Shown: positions 38,631 through 52,907 of the stretch, in pieces
Numbering within the stretch: position 1 is the first letter of the stretch
How the letters are laid out: every line of letters starts with the position of its first letter
The notes under the pieces: model-generated
Told to the model about the DNA's origin: nothing
Databases searched by the model: none
Seen by the model: only the letters and a program-made list of their open reading frames with translations
Position numbers and translations under genes: made by a program
Source of the DNA: Spongospora subterranea f. sp. subterranea
Taxonomy: Eukaryota
DNA: 64,000 bases
Assembly (NCBI GenBank): GCA_049724395.1
Contig: JAUGWO010000069.1
Span: 310,001-374,000 of the forward strand
Direction: 5' to 3'

Positions 38631-40170
38631 CCAGACACTCGAACCAGTATCGAACAAAATTACATTGGTTTATAATATGGGTTCAATGGATGACGAAGTG
38701 CTTAGTGATCCCAGGGATGTTTTAGGCCCTGATACAAAGGGTGTTGAACGAAAACTCAAACATATGTGAGTAATGGTTTACCAATAATACAGCTCCGTCT
38801 TCTCGAAAACGATCTATTGCAGTACTTATTAGAATACGTATAGACCAAATAACAAATTACACCAACGCAATATCCAGAAGACGGCCATAGCTCCCATTAC
38901 ATTGGCTGTAGCCCACCTGCCATCGTTTTGGCCCATGAACGTGAATATCGGACGAACCATGAGCGGATCGTCGTCCGAATTTGACAAGTCGACTGCTGAG
39001 TACGCGACGCATTCCATTGCCGATGATCATATTTTCCTTCCCAGAAATCAGTCTTTGAGGCGATAAAACCGGATAGGAAGTTCACGGTTCCTTCGTCACG
39101 TGATTGTTCAGGCTGCGCGTGAGTGCCACTCACACACTCAGTGGCTCAGTGTACCCAGTGGTAAGTCAGTAACTGTTAGTGGGTTGCGCTCACCCCACAC
39201 ACTGTACACATTACCCACAGCGCCATGGTCAATTTTTCAAAAATTCACTGTCGCTACCAGATATCCCCACACGCGTAGAAATGGTTTGCCTTATGATTTA
39301 GAGCGTTAGATAAAAAAAATTCTGGTAAAATTGATATGAGCGGTTTTACCGTCACGATGAGATGAGGCCAGGTCATCTTGGCGATCGATGCGAGGTTTCC
39401 GGTACCTTTGTTGAAATAATGGAGAACAATTATGGACTGTTTCCAGAGATATGGGAAACTTGGACGGCATGCCTCCGTTAATCGTGATTGACGTTGGCGG
39501 CGACCTTGAAAGTGTTGATTAGGAAATCTGTACCGTAACCGCGAGCGCACTGTCGTTAATATTACAACAATCTAATGGAGAGAGAGTTCCAACTTAATGC
39601 CGACCTAGTTTCATTCGAAACTACTGAAGATGCTTTGCGCGTCTTGTGACATAGGTATCCTCTGACGATTTCCATTAATTCGGTGGCTCTTTTCTTTCCA
39701 TACCTTATATGGTTACTGCAGATAGAAACATCAGAGATTTACTATGAACCGTTTTGTCAATTTACTTGATGCAAAAAGTGCCTTCACGTTCAGTACCAAG
39801 ATTAGCAACGCCTGCTCTGGCGGTTACCTGAGAAGATAAACAGACTCTAGAATATCTACAATGCAAATCGTATTGTTGGATCCCCATTGCTCAAATTGAT
39901 GGCTAAAAAAAGAGTACGCTCAAGAAATTGTTTTGTATTTTTTGAAAACGGTGCCTCAAAAAGCCCAAGCCGACGGTAGATCATGCCGGAAAATTGTTGC
40001 CAAATATCTCACGCCATTACGGCAACCAATTTTCAGAAACGAACGAAACTACTGGGGGTTGTTCTGACATCAGAAAAGGTGTTTGGTACATCTCTGTGGC
40101 CACTTTCGCCCAGATCGCCACAAGCCAATGAACATCGCTCGGTCCTCGTTGTCCTTGTTTAGAACGTGGT

Positions 40171-40926
40171 TTATTTTCCAATCATCACATTCTCAGTGTA
40201 GAGCGTAAACTGTGCTAGCCCGACCAGTGCCCGATTTGTCTTGACGTTCAGTTCTCTGTGCGACGTGTCAGTTTGCGTTTTGAAATATTGTGGTAGAGGC
40301 GCGTTTGCCAGTGCAACAAAATCATCAAACGACACTTTATGGTGTACTGGATCTGCAGCGAATTGCATCAATAATGCCATGTCGCGATTGCGGAAATTCT
40401 TGAGGCCAGTATCAGATGATTTCAACAGGATCTCTAAATCCTTCCGAGATACCCTCCCATCTCTGTCAGCATCAAATCGCCGAAACGCCTTCTGATTCAG
40501 CTCGTTATCAATCGCGAAATCACGGCGTGATTCGAAGCGGTTGGCCAGTCGATCAGCCTGCAATCTCTTAGACAACCTTGAAATTTTTCGAACGCCTAGT
40601 AGAGGGGTGCTCGCAAAGTCCAAAGACAATTTGGGTTTATGATTAAGGTTCCTGGGGCCGTTTTCGTCAGTGTCGCGTCGATTCCGTTTCACAGATTTCC
40701 CCGACACATCTGGATGGAATTTTTTTTTCAGTCTAACTGCAGATTTCAGCGCGAATATGTCCACGACTGGTTCATGATTTCTCGACTGAGGTCGCAAATC
40801 TATATTGCCATAACGCTTGGAAGTCATTTGTGTGCTGATTGCAAAGGGTCCTAACGGTGACACATGGTTTCTGTCTGGCCTGAACTGCATCAACAGAGGC
40901 CGTACAGCGTGCGCGTGCCTCATCAT
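40171..40926 (-). CDS. EF-hand-containing protein exon (gene probably continues to ~39300)
   Basis: AFRRFDADRDGRVSRKDL is a canonical EF-hand loop; a degenerate second hand reads KVSFDDFV. Confidence 0.7.
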   Translation of the reverse strand: MMRHAHAVRPLLMQFRPDRNHVSPLGPFAISTQMTSKRYGNIDLRPQSRNHEPVVDIFALKSAVRLKKKFHPDVSGKSVKRNRRDTDENGPRNLNHKPKLSLDFASTPLLGVRKISRLSKRLQADRLANRFESRRDFAIDNELNQKAFRRFDADRDGRVSRKDLEILLKSSDTGLKNFRNRDMALLMQFAADPVHHKVSFDDFVALANAPLPQYFKTQTDTSHRELNVKTNRALVGLAQFTLYTENVMIGK

Positions 40927-43900
40927 CAATAAATACTGTCGTTTAATATATTATTTGCCTTATCAATGTCATTTGAATTTAAATCCAATTTAGGTGTAGA
41001 TTTGTTGATGAAATTATCTTGAGCAGACGCTGGACGGCGAGAAGTACTGGAAAGAACATGAGAATTATCCGATTTGACACATATTTCTGCTGATTGGGCA
41101 CTGAAGTCTTTGTTGGTAGTATTGATTCCGCCTCCTGTGGAGATCCTACTGCTGCTGATTTCTGCAGATTGCAGCAGTTGTTGTAGTCGATCAATTGCTC
41201 TTAGAACCCATTGCTTGATGTTTTCTACCGCTGTGAACGATGAAAGGTTCAACACCCCTGCCTGAAATAGCAATTATTAGGCTGTGAAGAGTATTGTTCA
41301 AGGTTGTACCGTCTCGATAAGAACAGAATTGGTTGCGCTAACAACATTGATGTATCGAGCAATAGTGCTGCGTTGATCGTGAACAGTTTTCGTCATAGCT
41401 TCACGAAATTCTGAAAATTCTTTGTTCGAACTCTCCTAACACACACCAAGATGAAATTGCTGTCACATACACCAAAATGTAGTATAACCCTTTCTTGTAA
41501 GTTGGCGAAACATTGTGATTCCTTATCCAACAGTTTGCATCGCAGTTCTGCTTCCCTCTCTTGCAGTGCCTCGTATTTGTCTAAAAAACTTATTAGTGCA
41601 TGTAGCGAATTCGTTCTGAAGCAAACCCTGCAGAGCGTGAAACTTCACTTGCAATAAATCAAGTTCTGCGTCTTTGTTGGCTAGAGCCGAGCTTTGCTGT
41701 AAAATATTCTCACGAAGGCGGCCAACCATTTCCGAGTTTCTCTTGATATCTTTCTCGAGTTGTATCTGCCCCAATTAATGAGCATTTTTTTCTGAACTGT
41801 ATACGAAATTCTCTAACCTTCCCAGTGTTGGCTTCATTTAAAGCAGATTGAGTTGTTTGTAAAGCGTCATTGAGAGATGATATAAAATGTAGATCGCACA
41901 ACTTCCGCCATTGTTGTAAATTCTTGAGAATCATTGCTTTTCGTGACTTTATTTGCAAGATGCCAAAACGTGTCCTTGCTCCCGATCGAGATGTTGTGTA
42001 TTTTAACCAGGATGTGAATACATTTTTGTTTATGCGGTGAGCGTTTGCTTGGACCATTTTAAACCCGATATCGAGCCGTTTTTCACGTACTTGATGGCGG
42101 GTAACTATCCGCTGAGACCATTCGACGAAAACATGACGCTAAACACAGAAATACATTTACTACTTGAGCATCAAGAACTTTTGAAAAAAAGCAATATGTA
42201 CTATCCACTTAGCGGACATAAACAAGACTCTGATACCTTGTGGTTTGCGCGAATGTTCGTAAAAAGCCGACGCAACGAAATGGAACGTTTGCAGATGCAA
42301 TGCCACATGTTGAAGGACGACCGTACTTGATGAAATCGTTTAGCCGCCATTATCCGTCGAGATAGGGAAGTCGAATAACTCGATTGCCGATACGAAATTC
42401 GCCAATCTCGCATCGACGACAAAAGTCGTCGGCGAACCCAAATGCTCTGCTGTTGGATGATGCAAGCTCGTAAATGAGTCGATTGTTGCGCTGCCAGCAT
42501 CCACGAACGTAGAAACTTTTTCTGGTGGTGTCGAACAGATATGTCAGCCATTACCTGCGAAGGTATTATTGAGCGTAAGTTACGAACATAACCGTCAAAA
42601 CAAACTCGTTTTTTGCTTGACACAGATGTGCCGAAAACGAAGCCCAAAAAAACTTTTCGCTGAAGTCTCAATTGATAGTGAAGCCAGCACAGCTTACGAT
42701 GAAGCTGATTTTGTTTTTTCTCTGCAAAAGATTTCTAGATACAGAATGAGCAACGTATAGAAGGAACGAAAGATGTTGTACCTTCCAAATGGACCAGAAA
42801 CGGCTGAGTGCTCCTGTTATTCGGAAATAATTACCGGCATATTTCTATATTTATACAATCCGATTACGCGATACTTCAAAAGTATGATGACGGGATACCA
42901 CCTACCATCTTCTTGCAGCGACGAGAGACATTTTGCGTCTGAGAGCGCCAATGCACCATCACGTGCCGCATCTGCGAACAACACAGATGTTGATGCATGA
43001 AAAGCTGTAGAGTGGTTTCCTTAACTTACAGTATTACAGGATTCCAATTTGCCTCTAATGTAAGACTGTTGCTGTCTATTAATAATCCATGTTTTCCATG
43101 CGGATCGCATCGCTTTGCGTTTTGTGAAAAAACGAAAAGCAACGTTACGGGATTCTTCCAAGTTCATCTCTTTGATGACTGATCTCCATGAATGAAGCAC
43201 CCTTCGTCGCAATGACTGGTTTTTAGCCTTCAAAACTGTACTGGCAGTTCCCCATCTTGGGAAGGTTATAAAATTAGTTTCAGAATATGATAACAGTTAC
43301 CTTTTAAATGCGGTGCGGGTTAAAGAGCGGTGATAGCTCTCCCGGAAACGTCCAAAACGGAATTTGCGGTTCACGTGCAGCTTCCATCTTTTGAATCCTG
43401 AAATTTGCAAGTGTCGGTTACGAGCCGCTTCAACATTGACGCATGCAAATGCAAGCTTCTCGTTGGTTGCAACATCGTTGTCGAACTGAATCTGAACAAT
43501 TTATTACGATTGCAGACATGGGAAATGATGCGATTGTGTACCAACTTTGAGCAGTTCACTTTGGTATAATTTAGCAATAGAGCGCAAGCGAAAAACTTCT
43601 TGATTAAGTGATTCGACATCACCACCCGCAGCAACTTTGCCATCAACAGCAACAGCTTTGCCCAAATTGAATTTATCGCTTTCCGTTGTAATTGGCAGTC
43701 GGTTCAAATTGTGGTCGGAAACAGTGGATAACTGCTGATGCATTTTTTCTAATTGCGTGCCAAAGTGATGAATTTGTTGCAGAACGGCATCTTGACTGCA
43801 CATATCTGTAGTTACCGACGCAACTGTGTTTTCCAGTTGAGTTTTGGCGGCGACGATACTCTGCAACTGCTGTCTCAAAACATGGATAGTCGAAAATACG

Positions 43901-45734
43901 GCATGAAGTTCATTGGACTGAATGGCAACTTCCGATTCAGCCCGCTCCACGTTTATACGATTTTGCTCCTGGAACAGCTGTAAGCGTTCCGCCAGCTTAC
44001 TGTTGACGTCTTCTAAATCTAATATTCTCTGTTTGCTAAAAAGGATTCTGCTAAGATTTGAGTTCGCACGTATAGCACAGTTTCTAGTAACCTCAAGTCA
44101 ATGGAGTGTTGAAACTCAGCTGATGATATATTGTTGGGTGCTGATTCCGGAATAGGCCGTTTTGAATTGGGTTTCGGAGCAGACTATACAAGACATCAAT
44201 GCAAAATTATCAATGCAAAATCAAGCAACAGTTTACCTCTACAATTATATTCCCCGGTTTCGAATTGATTAGTAATTTCGGCGGTTTCTTTGTTTTAATT
44301 TGCGATTGCAGAGTGCTGCCGGCAAACATCTGACCGGATAACTTTTTGCGACTAATCAAGGCCATTAACCGGGATCGGGCATGCTGCCTGCTTCTTTCCA
44401 GCAGTTCTATTAGACTCTGCAATTGCACCTTGCTGTTCTGCGAGGACATCAGATATGGCGCAATCCCACGTCTCACTTAACAGCCTAAAACAAGTCAATG
44501 AAATGTTTTGATTCGTTGAACACAAGGGCAAATTACTTCAACGACGTAGAAACGTTGGGAAAATTATACATGTTCTGCCATTGAGTTTGGATCTTCTGTT
44601 TCAGTTGGGCCATTTCGTTCTGGACTAATAAGATAGCTATCAATTAGTAAGCTAGAAACCGAACGTAGCACAATTACCGCATTCTTTTCCTGTAAAGTCC
44701 AAAATGCGAATCATTAGACCAACATCCAAATTTTCGTTGAGACAAGGCATGTGAGAAATCCGGTTAAAGATGTTATTCCGGCCAAACGCTGTTTCGAGCA
44801 GTTCGACGTGAAGTCGAACCTTGTGCCTCACCTAGAGTATTGCCACACCTGAGCAATTTTTGGAGAAGCAAGATAATTTCATACCTTATCTAGAATTTTA
44901 AGAGTGCAAGTATTGCCGCACATCACGCTTAGCATAGACGACTCTTTTCCGGCTACTATTCGAGATAAATGTTTGTCTTCTGTTTCAATGACCTATTGAT
45001 AATGAATCAGTACACCGAAATGCACAGTATTCTGAAGTACAATTGAATCCAAGGTGCTCAAGTTCTGGAGTAAGTTGATTGTCTGGGCCCGGTAATTTAT
45101 CGACATCACAACAGGACACCCTTCCAAATACAGCGCCCGAAGATGCAAAAGGGCTGTCAGTGGCATCAGTTGCTCGACAGTTTGGACCTGAAAACCAATC
45201 TGTGATACGTATTCAGTAATGTCTGGACAGTGCATACCAAGTTATTAGCTATTGACAGCGAACGAAGACAACCAAATTGCCCTATCCCATCAAGTGAGGC
45301 CAGATGGTTATTGCCCAGCAACATCGTTTCGATCTGGTGGAAGCATCTGTTTACTGGATCTATCTAAGACTCGAGGAGATATTCACAACTGCATGATCCA
45401 ACAAGAAATCTGTATGAATACCTTGAAAATCGACTTTCCAGCAACATTAATTCGATTCGACGTGAAACCCTGGCAGTTTGGAGTCATGACATCGGATAAC
45501 TACAACATGATAGATCAGTGGCCTCATATTTAGCAGCAGATACATTTAACAGACAAGCTTTCTACTTCTAATATTGTCAACTGCATCTAGGATCTGAGTT
45601 GGCCCTTGAGCAACTGGCTTCTGTCTTCTGATCATTTTTGTATTATCGGTAGATGATGCCTGAGTTTTTTGCATTGACCGCCGAGCTTCAGCTATGGCGG
45701 TATAGCCAGAAGCTGAAGATACGGCTGCGATCAT
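40926..45734 (-). CDS. LRR + coiled-coil + Trp-repeat (Sfi1-like) protein, multi-exon; probably centrosomal/basal-body
   Basis: LRRs ETMLLGNNHLASLDGIGQFGCLRSLSIANNL and LRALYLEGCPV...YRAQTINLLQNLSTLD (LRR cap), coiled coil at 43500-44480, and repeated F/L-x-x-W motifs (LHSWR, RSAWK, FLRSWM, MRDWR, FNMWH, FTSWL, LQQWR). Exon joins were not verified. Confidence 0.6.
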
Positions 45735-45947
45735 GACCGGGCAATGGACAGACGGGCCTCTACGCCATATTTGCCCTCTACCTTGTCGTCCAGAACCGAT
45801 TCAATACCTAACCATGATTTATTGCTGCAAGTCTCAGATTTGACGGGATATGTGCTATCGCCACAACCAGGATCCATTTCCTCATGGCTTTTTACTGTGT
45901 TCCGTCCAGATGGATCCTATTTCTCGACAATATGCTGCGATTATATG

Positions 45948-46952
45948 TCATGTGACCTGACTAACAATGCTTGTCTGAGTCGTACCTTGGAACTGAGGGT
46001 CGATTCGAAGTCGTTCCAGTTGATGCCTGATGACGTTTTCGTCAACAAAGGTGCAATTCGGAAAATCAGCCTTCGGCATAAGCAGTTTTCGGCTAAGAGG
46101 GTTTCCTGGTTCGGAAAAGTCTGAAACTGCATTGGGTGCAATCGAGCTGTATTTGCATGTAAAGAAACACCCGATAAAATCAAGCATATTATCAAAACGG
46201 GATCGGGTTTGGTCAGGAGTCTGTTTTGGCACTTGATCCATCAGGATTGTTATCTCAATTGCAGATATAGTGTCTGGCGTTGTTTCTCCACGAACTTCGA
46301 AAATCAGCTTTGGAAACTGTTCTAGGACAAACAGCGTATCGGCTGCGCTAGAATTCAGTAAATCTATCTCAACCTTCATCGACATCAGTTATTTGACAAA
46401 CTTTTGAATCAAGTATTACCTGAATGTCTTCTGATTCGTAGTACACCACGAATGCAGCTGAGTTGCCGCTGACACGAATGCCGACAATGCGGCGCCCGCT
46501 TTCCACGACCCATTGCGACTGCTTCCATAAGGCAAGCTTGGCAACTAACCCTTGTGGCATCTGAAGACCGTAAATGCGAAAGCAGAATGAGGCAATATAC
46601 AGCACTGCTACATCTGTAATTTCTGGAAACGCTATGCGTACCGTATCGTTACACGTGCGACACTGTAATTCATACATTGTCTGTTATGAGCACACACGTT
46701 ACATTGACTTGCACAGCAGTTGGAGCAACATCAGTGATGCGACGAATGTATGTGGGGATATGTATGGATTGATTCTGCACAGGAAACGGGCACGGTTACC
46801 AGTGAGTGACACGGTACCGCTTGCAACTCACACCACACGTCATCGGGGGTTATTGCGTTCCTGTTTCGAGTTACATCCGACGTCACGTAATCAACTTGCC
46901 GGGCCAGCTGGACAAGTCCTTGAAACCCAGTCCCATCAATAATAGTCACCAC
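45948..46952 (-). CDS. Hypothetical protein, multi-exon
   Basis: Chain of adjacent minus-strand ORFs (46731-46952, 46369-46677, 45948-46385); no recognisable motif. Confidence 0.35.
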
Positions 46953-47039
46953 GTTGACTCCAACCGAATCAGCAGTCCAAATCGGTGTAGAACAATGAGA
47001 TACTCCTATATATTTATTACGATCTCCAGCGACAATATA

Positions 47040-48221
47040 TTACGTTCGGCTAGTGATAAGCATTAGACAGAGATTGTCGGACCGATTAACATCCAGGAAT
47101 CGGGAGAATACCGAATCTGTCTCCACAATCTGGTACGCCAGTCCGGCCAGATTTAACTGAGCCTTGAGCAACTCAAACGACGTTGGCTGCCGAATGCAAT
47201 TCGCCATAATGCAGAGCGATGCACCGAGAGCGAACCCACGCGAGATAATTGATACCTGTGGGCCGATCAAATCTGGGGAGTAGATCTGTTTAATCAGTTC
47301 AGTATCAAAAGACCCTTTCCAAACCATTATTCTCGAACCGTATCAGATAACAATATCAACTCCGGAGCCGATTCGGTCAGGATCGCATCATCGACGTCCA
47401 ACCAATCAAGGCGACGAACCATGACCTCATGGACGTTGTTATCGACAAGATTGGAAGACAATTTTTCCAGGACCTCATCATTATAATCGGTGGCCATGTA
47501 AGCTCTGGGGTCCATTCTCGAGCAGATCGTGGAAACAACGCCCGTTCCTCCACATCCCAACTCCAAGCAGCGCTTGCCGGAAACGATGGAGCTCATGAGA
47601 CAGTATTCAGCCAGAAAAAATCCTACACCACCCATCGTTAAGTGAACAACCGTGTCTTGAATCAAGGTTGAATTGCATTGATATTGAACATTTCGAAAAA
47701 CATATAACTTCAATTACCAATTTTGCATTTTCATTCTATGTCAGGAATAACAGTGCAACGGGAAAGAGAGAGCTTGTTGTCTTACCTGCAGGCCATGTGG
47801 TTAATCCACAATTATTCAATATAGAGTTTGTGGTCTGATATACGATCTGCTGTGTGCGAGAATCGTGGTCGAGATAGGATAGCGTCTGGTACCCAGGATC
47901 GGGGGGATCATGACATTGTCCTAACAAAGAAAATGGACGGGCTGATTTGCGACGATACACACGTAGAACGTGGTCGATGAGTAATGAATGCGGTTCCATA
48001 TTGTTCGACTCGATCAGGTTCAACAGCATTATGGAGAACTGATCGCTATGGGATTGCGGTACATGATGGGGCGATTCTCTACATAATGTCGAATGGATAA
48101 TCCGATCCTGAACGTGAAGTGCAAATACCTCCAGGTTGTTTTCATGTAGTCGCTGAACAATGAGTTTGGGGTCGATAACTGCTAGATACATTCTCTGAAT
48201 GTGATCAACTTCGGGATTCAT
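47040..48221 (-). CDS. EEF2KMT: Protein-lysine N-methyltransferase, EEF2KMT/FAM86A/Efm3-like
   Basis: FAM86-like N-terminus, GLTTWPAG, LAEY, KRCLELGCGGTGVV, MATDY, RRLDW, ILLSDTV/Y, CIRQPTSF. Confidence 0.8.
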
Positions 48222-48255
48222 TTTGAGAACAAACTGGGAATATACAGAAAGAACC

Positions 48256-48654
48256 CTAGCCTTTATCGGAATGCGCGCACGATATTGCCGATCTGGATGA
48301 GCTATACAGGGCAGACGACAGCAGTAGTGGAACAGACGGAAGATCGAGGGCCAGAGGAACATTAGGAAGGCAACGGAACTCGGTACGACATATATCAAAT
48401 AGAAGCGATGAACGATAATCCATAGACGACAGCTGGTCGATGGAGGCGACCTCAGTGAGCAGCCAATCTGATGGCGTAGGAAGCGAACTCAACGGAACGA
48501 ACTCGACCTGCCATTGATGGCCGCTCTGCACATGACGACATGATGCAAAACCGGTCTTGTGCTTTCCTTCTCCGAGTCCAGTCCAGACGTATGACGATTT
48601 GCCAATGCATTCCGTTAGGACATCGCCAACGATTGTGGCGTCGAACTGATGCAT
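48256..48654 (-). CDS. Hypothetical protein
   Basis: 132-aa ORF ending ~35 nt before the EEF2KMT ATG; no motif recognised. Confidence 0.3.
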   Translation of the reverse strand: MHQFDATIVGDVLTECIGKSSYVWTGLGEGKHKTGFASCRHVQSGHQWQVEFVPLSSLPTPSDWLLTEVASIDQLSSMDYRSSLLFDICRTEFRCLPNVPLALDLPSVPLLLSSALYSSSRSAISCAHSDKG

Positions 48655-49645
48655 TTAGCGCCTGTGTACAGCGAGGGGCGGTCGCTTTTTCTCCGGCTTG
48701 GGCTGGATCTGGCGTTTAATCCCGTGGGGTGGGCGGAACTCCGTCGACATACTCGACCAATGCTTAGCGTGACTCGATCACGGCTAAAAATAGACACATC
48801 GAAAACACATTATTTGATGGGTGAAACGATAATGACCACAGCCGTTCGTTGAAGACGGATGTGTTTATAATCACACTGATTTGTGTTCAGATGCTTTAAG
48901 TGTCCATGATTCTAATTGTACCGATTGAGAAAACCTGTGCAACTAGTCAGCAGATTTGATTTTCCTCACAGCACGAGCTGCAAAACTCGTACGGTCGCTG
49001 AATGGAAAGATGAAACAGTTCATCGTTCATGCAGTAAGCATTGCCGGGTCAATGGCCGTGATGAACAACCCACGACTCGCTTCACCTTACCCCATTCCTC
49101 CTGCCCCATCTGAACCCAAACTGCTGTGGCAATTCGACTCAAATCTGGCGATCTGAGACAACAGTACCCTTTCGATTACGGTTCACTTTGGCCGCGTGTC
49201 TGCAACGCATCTTCGCCCTCTGTGCACATAAGGTGTCAAAGTCGCCAAGGCATCGTGACCCTAGGAAAATGTGTCCGAATCTCTGGTAGTGGAGTTTTGC
49301 TGTAAAAGTTCAAGGAATATGTGTATGGCTGTTGCACAAGTTGTAGATTAAGGGTATGATCTCTAGTGGAAATTTGCAGTGGAAATGTCATGATAAATGG
49401 GTACGATATTGATTTAGGTGATTGTTATCAATTGCAATCAACATGTGCCCGAATTTCTAGTGGATTTGGGTTGTAAAAGTGCATCCCCAGACGCGACGAC
49501 GACCGGTCACATCGACTGATGAGTCCTATCCCGAGTTTACCCAACCACCCGTCACCGGTGGAATCAGTTGGTGTCGAGTTGATGAGCAGGGCGAACTAGG
49601 GACGATCGTGGGCCTCGGGAACCGGTATTCTACAGTCCAGGACAG

Positions 49646-50634
49646 ATGGAGATCCATGTGGGACGAGGAGAGGGAGCGGTTAAAGGACGATCGGACACGG
49701 GCCCATTCACATGGCATAACTCGTTCGAGGACGATACGCTAACTGATACACTTCTCCATCAGCACGCCCGAAAATGCTACTTGGAGAAATGGTGACGATC
49801 GTACATACTCCACTAGCTCAATCGCCAGTCTCATTCATAACTACTCAGGGATGTTCTTCAGAAAATTCAGTTATCAACGTTCAGATTCGATCAACGATTT
49901 GATCCGTCGTCGTCGAGAATGTGAAGAATCTGTCGAATTTTGTGCAATCGTTGGTGAATTCCGAAGTGTTCAGGGACGTGTTCAAGGACATAATTCCTGG
50001 CGGGGCAGGTACGAGTTTGTGTCGCTTGTTAGACGCCATCGGGTCAGGTAAAAGTTTCTCGTTTGATGTCAACAGCCGTCAGGAACATCGAACGCATACC
50101 GTGCAACGTCATGAACATGGCCGTGTACGACGCGCTGGGGTCGTGCGGCGTTATCCGCCCGAATGGCGCCATCGTCATGTGCCAAGAGCAGCTGCTTGAC
50201 AACGGGGTGGTGGTCGAGAGCGAGCTCAAACGAGCCCTATTCGATCCGGATTCTGACGCTTATCAAGCCGTCGATCATGGGGAGTTTATCAATCACCTGA
50301 TGGAGATGTTCGTTCTTGGGGGTCGATTCTGCCAATACGAGGTCGGTTGCTTTATGATCGGCCCATTGCGGTACAGTTGTCGATTATCGTGTGGTTTCAG
50401 GACGATTTCGTGATTTATTCAGCGGTGGTCAAAGATTTCTATAAGAGTTTAATATCGGTCGTGAAGGATTCGAGCAATGCTCTGCACATTTCCAGCGCCG
50501 TCTACCGGATTGTCGAAGACGGTCTGTTCCCCGCCACACCCGGTTCACCATGGAATCGATTCTATATCATCGTGGACGCTGATAAGCGGCAGGTCCATTG
50601 CCTCTATTTCCCTCGTCATAATCAAACGTGGTGA
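49646..50634 (+). CDS. CFAP300: Cilia- and flagella-associated protein 300 (C11orf70) homolog, multi-exon
   Basis: LEKW, GVIRPNGAIVMC, SELKRALFDPDSDAY, EFINHL...LGGRFCQYE/DD, KDFYKSLISVVK, FYIIVDADKRQVHCLY. Confidence 0.85.
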
Positions 50635-50985
50635 ACCCCTCTAACCTGCTTCAACCCTTCAAAACAAAACAATTATCCGGATTTCGTTGTCGTCTCAATA
50701 CATATCAAAGTGGAAAACATTTATTCTCAATGTTTTCAAACACTTCCATTGATTGACCGTTCTTATTTGCGCGGAGATTTTTGGCATCTCGAACAAAAAT
50801 TTCGAAAAGGCGCGTTGGTCAAACATGTTATCGCTCGGTGGTTACGGCATTATGTTACATCCGTGCGGGGTTTTGTGAACAGTGAAGCGCCACCTAATGG
50901 TGTAACTGCCATTCGTAATCTGTTCCTGTTGTCAGATCCGAGTGCGGTCGAGCGACGTCATCGATAGGTTCGCCTGATCCAGTGA

Positions 50986-52907
50986 ATGATATTGGTGGCA
51001 CAGCTGTTCCTAGCGGTAATGGATCTTGGTTTTGATGGCGCCATCCGTCCTCGTTGGTTTCTCTGAATCAATCTTCGTCTCTCATTAGTCGCTTCTTCTG
51101 TCCCTCTCAGCTGTATTTTCTGGACTAACCTTGGGCGTTCTTGGCCTGGACATTGACACCCTTGAGATCAACCTAGCCTCAGATTCTGTCCATGCCGCTT
51201 ATGCAGCCAAGATATTACCGCTCCGTCGTCGCGGGAATCTCCTCCTTTGTACGCTTCTCTTCGGCAATGTTTTGGTTAACAATGGTAAGAGCCCCCTGTT
51301 GTTTTTCTATGGCGCTGTAATTAACGGTTCGCCCAGGTCTCTCGCTTATTCTCGTTGACCTCCTTGGGGATTGGGGCTCCCTAGTCCTATCCACCAGCCT
51401 GATCGTTATCCTAGGCGAGGTCATTCCCCAGGCGGTCTGTTCGCGATATGCACTCGCCTTGGGATCGCGAGCAGTTCCGCTGGTGTATGCCGTGATGTTC
51501 ATCATGTTCCCAATTGCGTATCCGCTGTCGAAGTGCTTGGATTACGCGCTCGGTAAAGAACTTGGTCAAATTTACAGTCGAAAAGAGCTGTGTAAGCTTG
51601 TCGAGATGCACCACAAAACCGAAGACGAAAAGAAGCTGCGCAAAGACGAGTAGGTTCTCCTGTACGGTTCCTCCGCCATTGTCAGTTGATCTGTTATCAG
51701 GTTCAAGATCATGACCGGGGCCTTACAGTTCGCTGAGAAACGCGTTTCTGAGATTATGACGCCCCCGGACAAGATGTTCAGCCTTGATGTTTCAGCAGAA
51801 TTGGATTTTCAAACAATCAGGTCCATTTTCGAGTCCGGATTTTCGCGTATTCCGGTAATCGATCGTAGTTGCCCTAATGGAAATCCCAAAGTTGTCGGAA
51901 TTCTCTACACCAAAGACCTGATTTTAACCGATCCAAACGATGCCCTTCCCGTCCGGCATCTATTATCGCTCTCGCATCGTACCGTTCATTACGTCTCAAC
52001 CGATTTACGTCTTAGCGCGCTGTTTTCCGAATTCAAAACGGGTCGAACCCATATCGCGATTGTTGTCAGTGTTTCTTCAACGGGTCAGGGGGATCCGCTT
52101 TATGAACTAAAGGGTCTGGTGACATTGGAAGACATAGCAGAAGTCATCTTCCAGGACAGTATTTTCGACGAGACCGATGTTATTCCTTTCACAGCCCATC
52201 CTGGTAGCTCACATAATCAGTGGCCACTTCTGCCACAATTTGGTCCCACAAACTCTTCAATATTATCAGACGAAGAGCTGATCGCTGTATTTGACCATTT
52301 ACGTGGCACTTGCTCGTCGATATTCGCTTCGTTTTCGGATGATAAATTGCGTTGTTTATTGAAGCGTTCCACTGTCGCCAACGTGGAATATCCCACCATG
52401 CAAGGCGTTTCTCAGGTTTCTCCTCGTGGGCGCTCCATTTGGTCTGAGATCGAATTCCGGCGAAGGATCATGGTTGAAGATGGCGGTCTCTTGTTATACT
52501 CGCAAGGATCACCCGACAACAAGCTGTGCCTTATTCTCGACGGCAAAGTTCATATTGTTTTCGGCAAGAACAAGTTCGAGACGAAACTAGGGTCTTGGTC
52601 GAAACTTGGTCAAGATTCTTTCGAAAAAGATGCAGAACTGGTTCTCGCTGGGCAACCAGCTGGTATCTGGCCTGAGCATGAAGTTGCTGATTTCACAGCA
52701 ACCATCTGCAAAAGCTCTCGTATCTTGTTGATTGACCGGCAAATGTTCAGGACGTACGCCATAGCGTTGGGATGTCCTGGATTCGATGTTGGCACCGTTT
52801 CAGGCGATTACCAACTTGCAGCCACGCTTGTGGTGCCGGGACAACATCATGAACAGGATATGAATACTGAAGCTGGTGGAACTTTCTCTATTATCATAAA
52901 TCATTAA
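50986..52907 (+). CDS. CNNM/DUF21 transmembrane + CBS pair + cNMP-binding-like metal transporter
   Basis: SAVFSGLTLGVLGLD, LLCTLLFGNVLVN, GEVIPQAVC, GALQFAEKRVSEIMTP, GFSRIPV, GLVTLEDIAE...DETD, LILDGKV. Confidence 0.93.
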
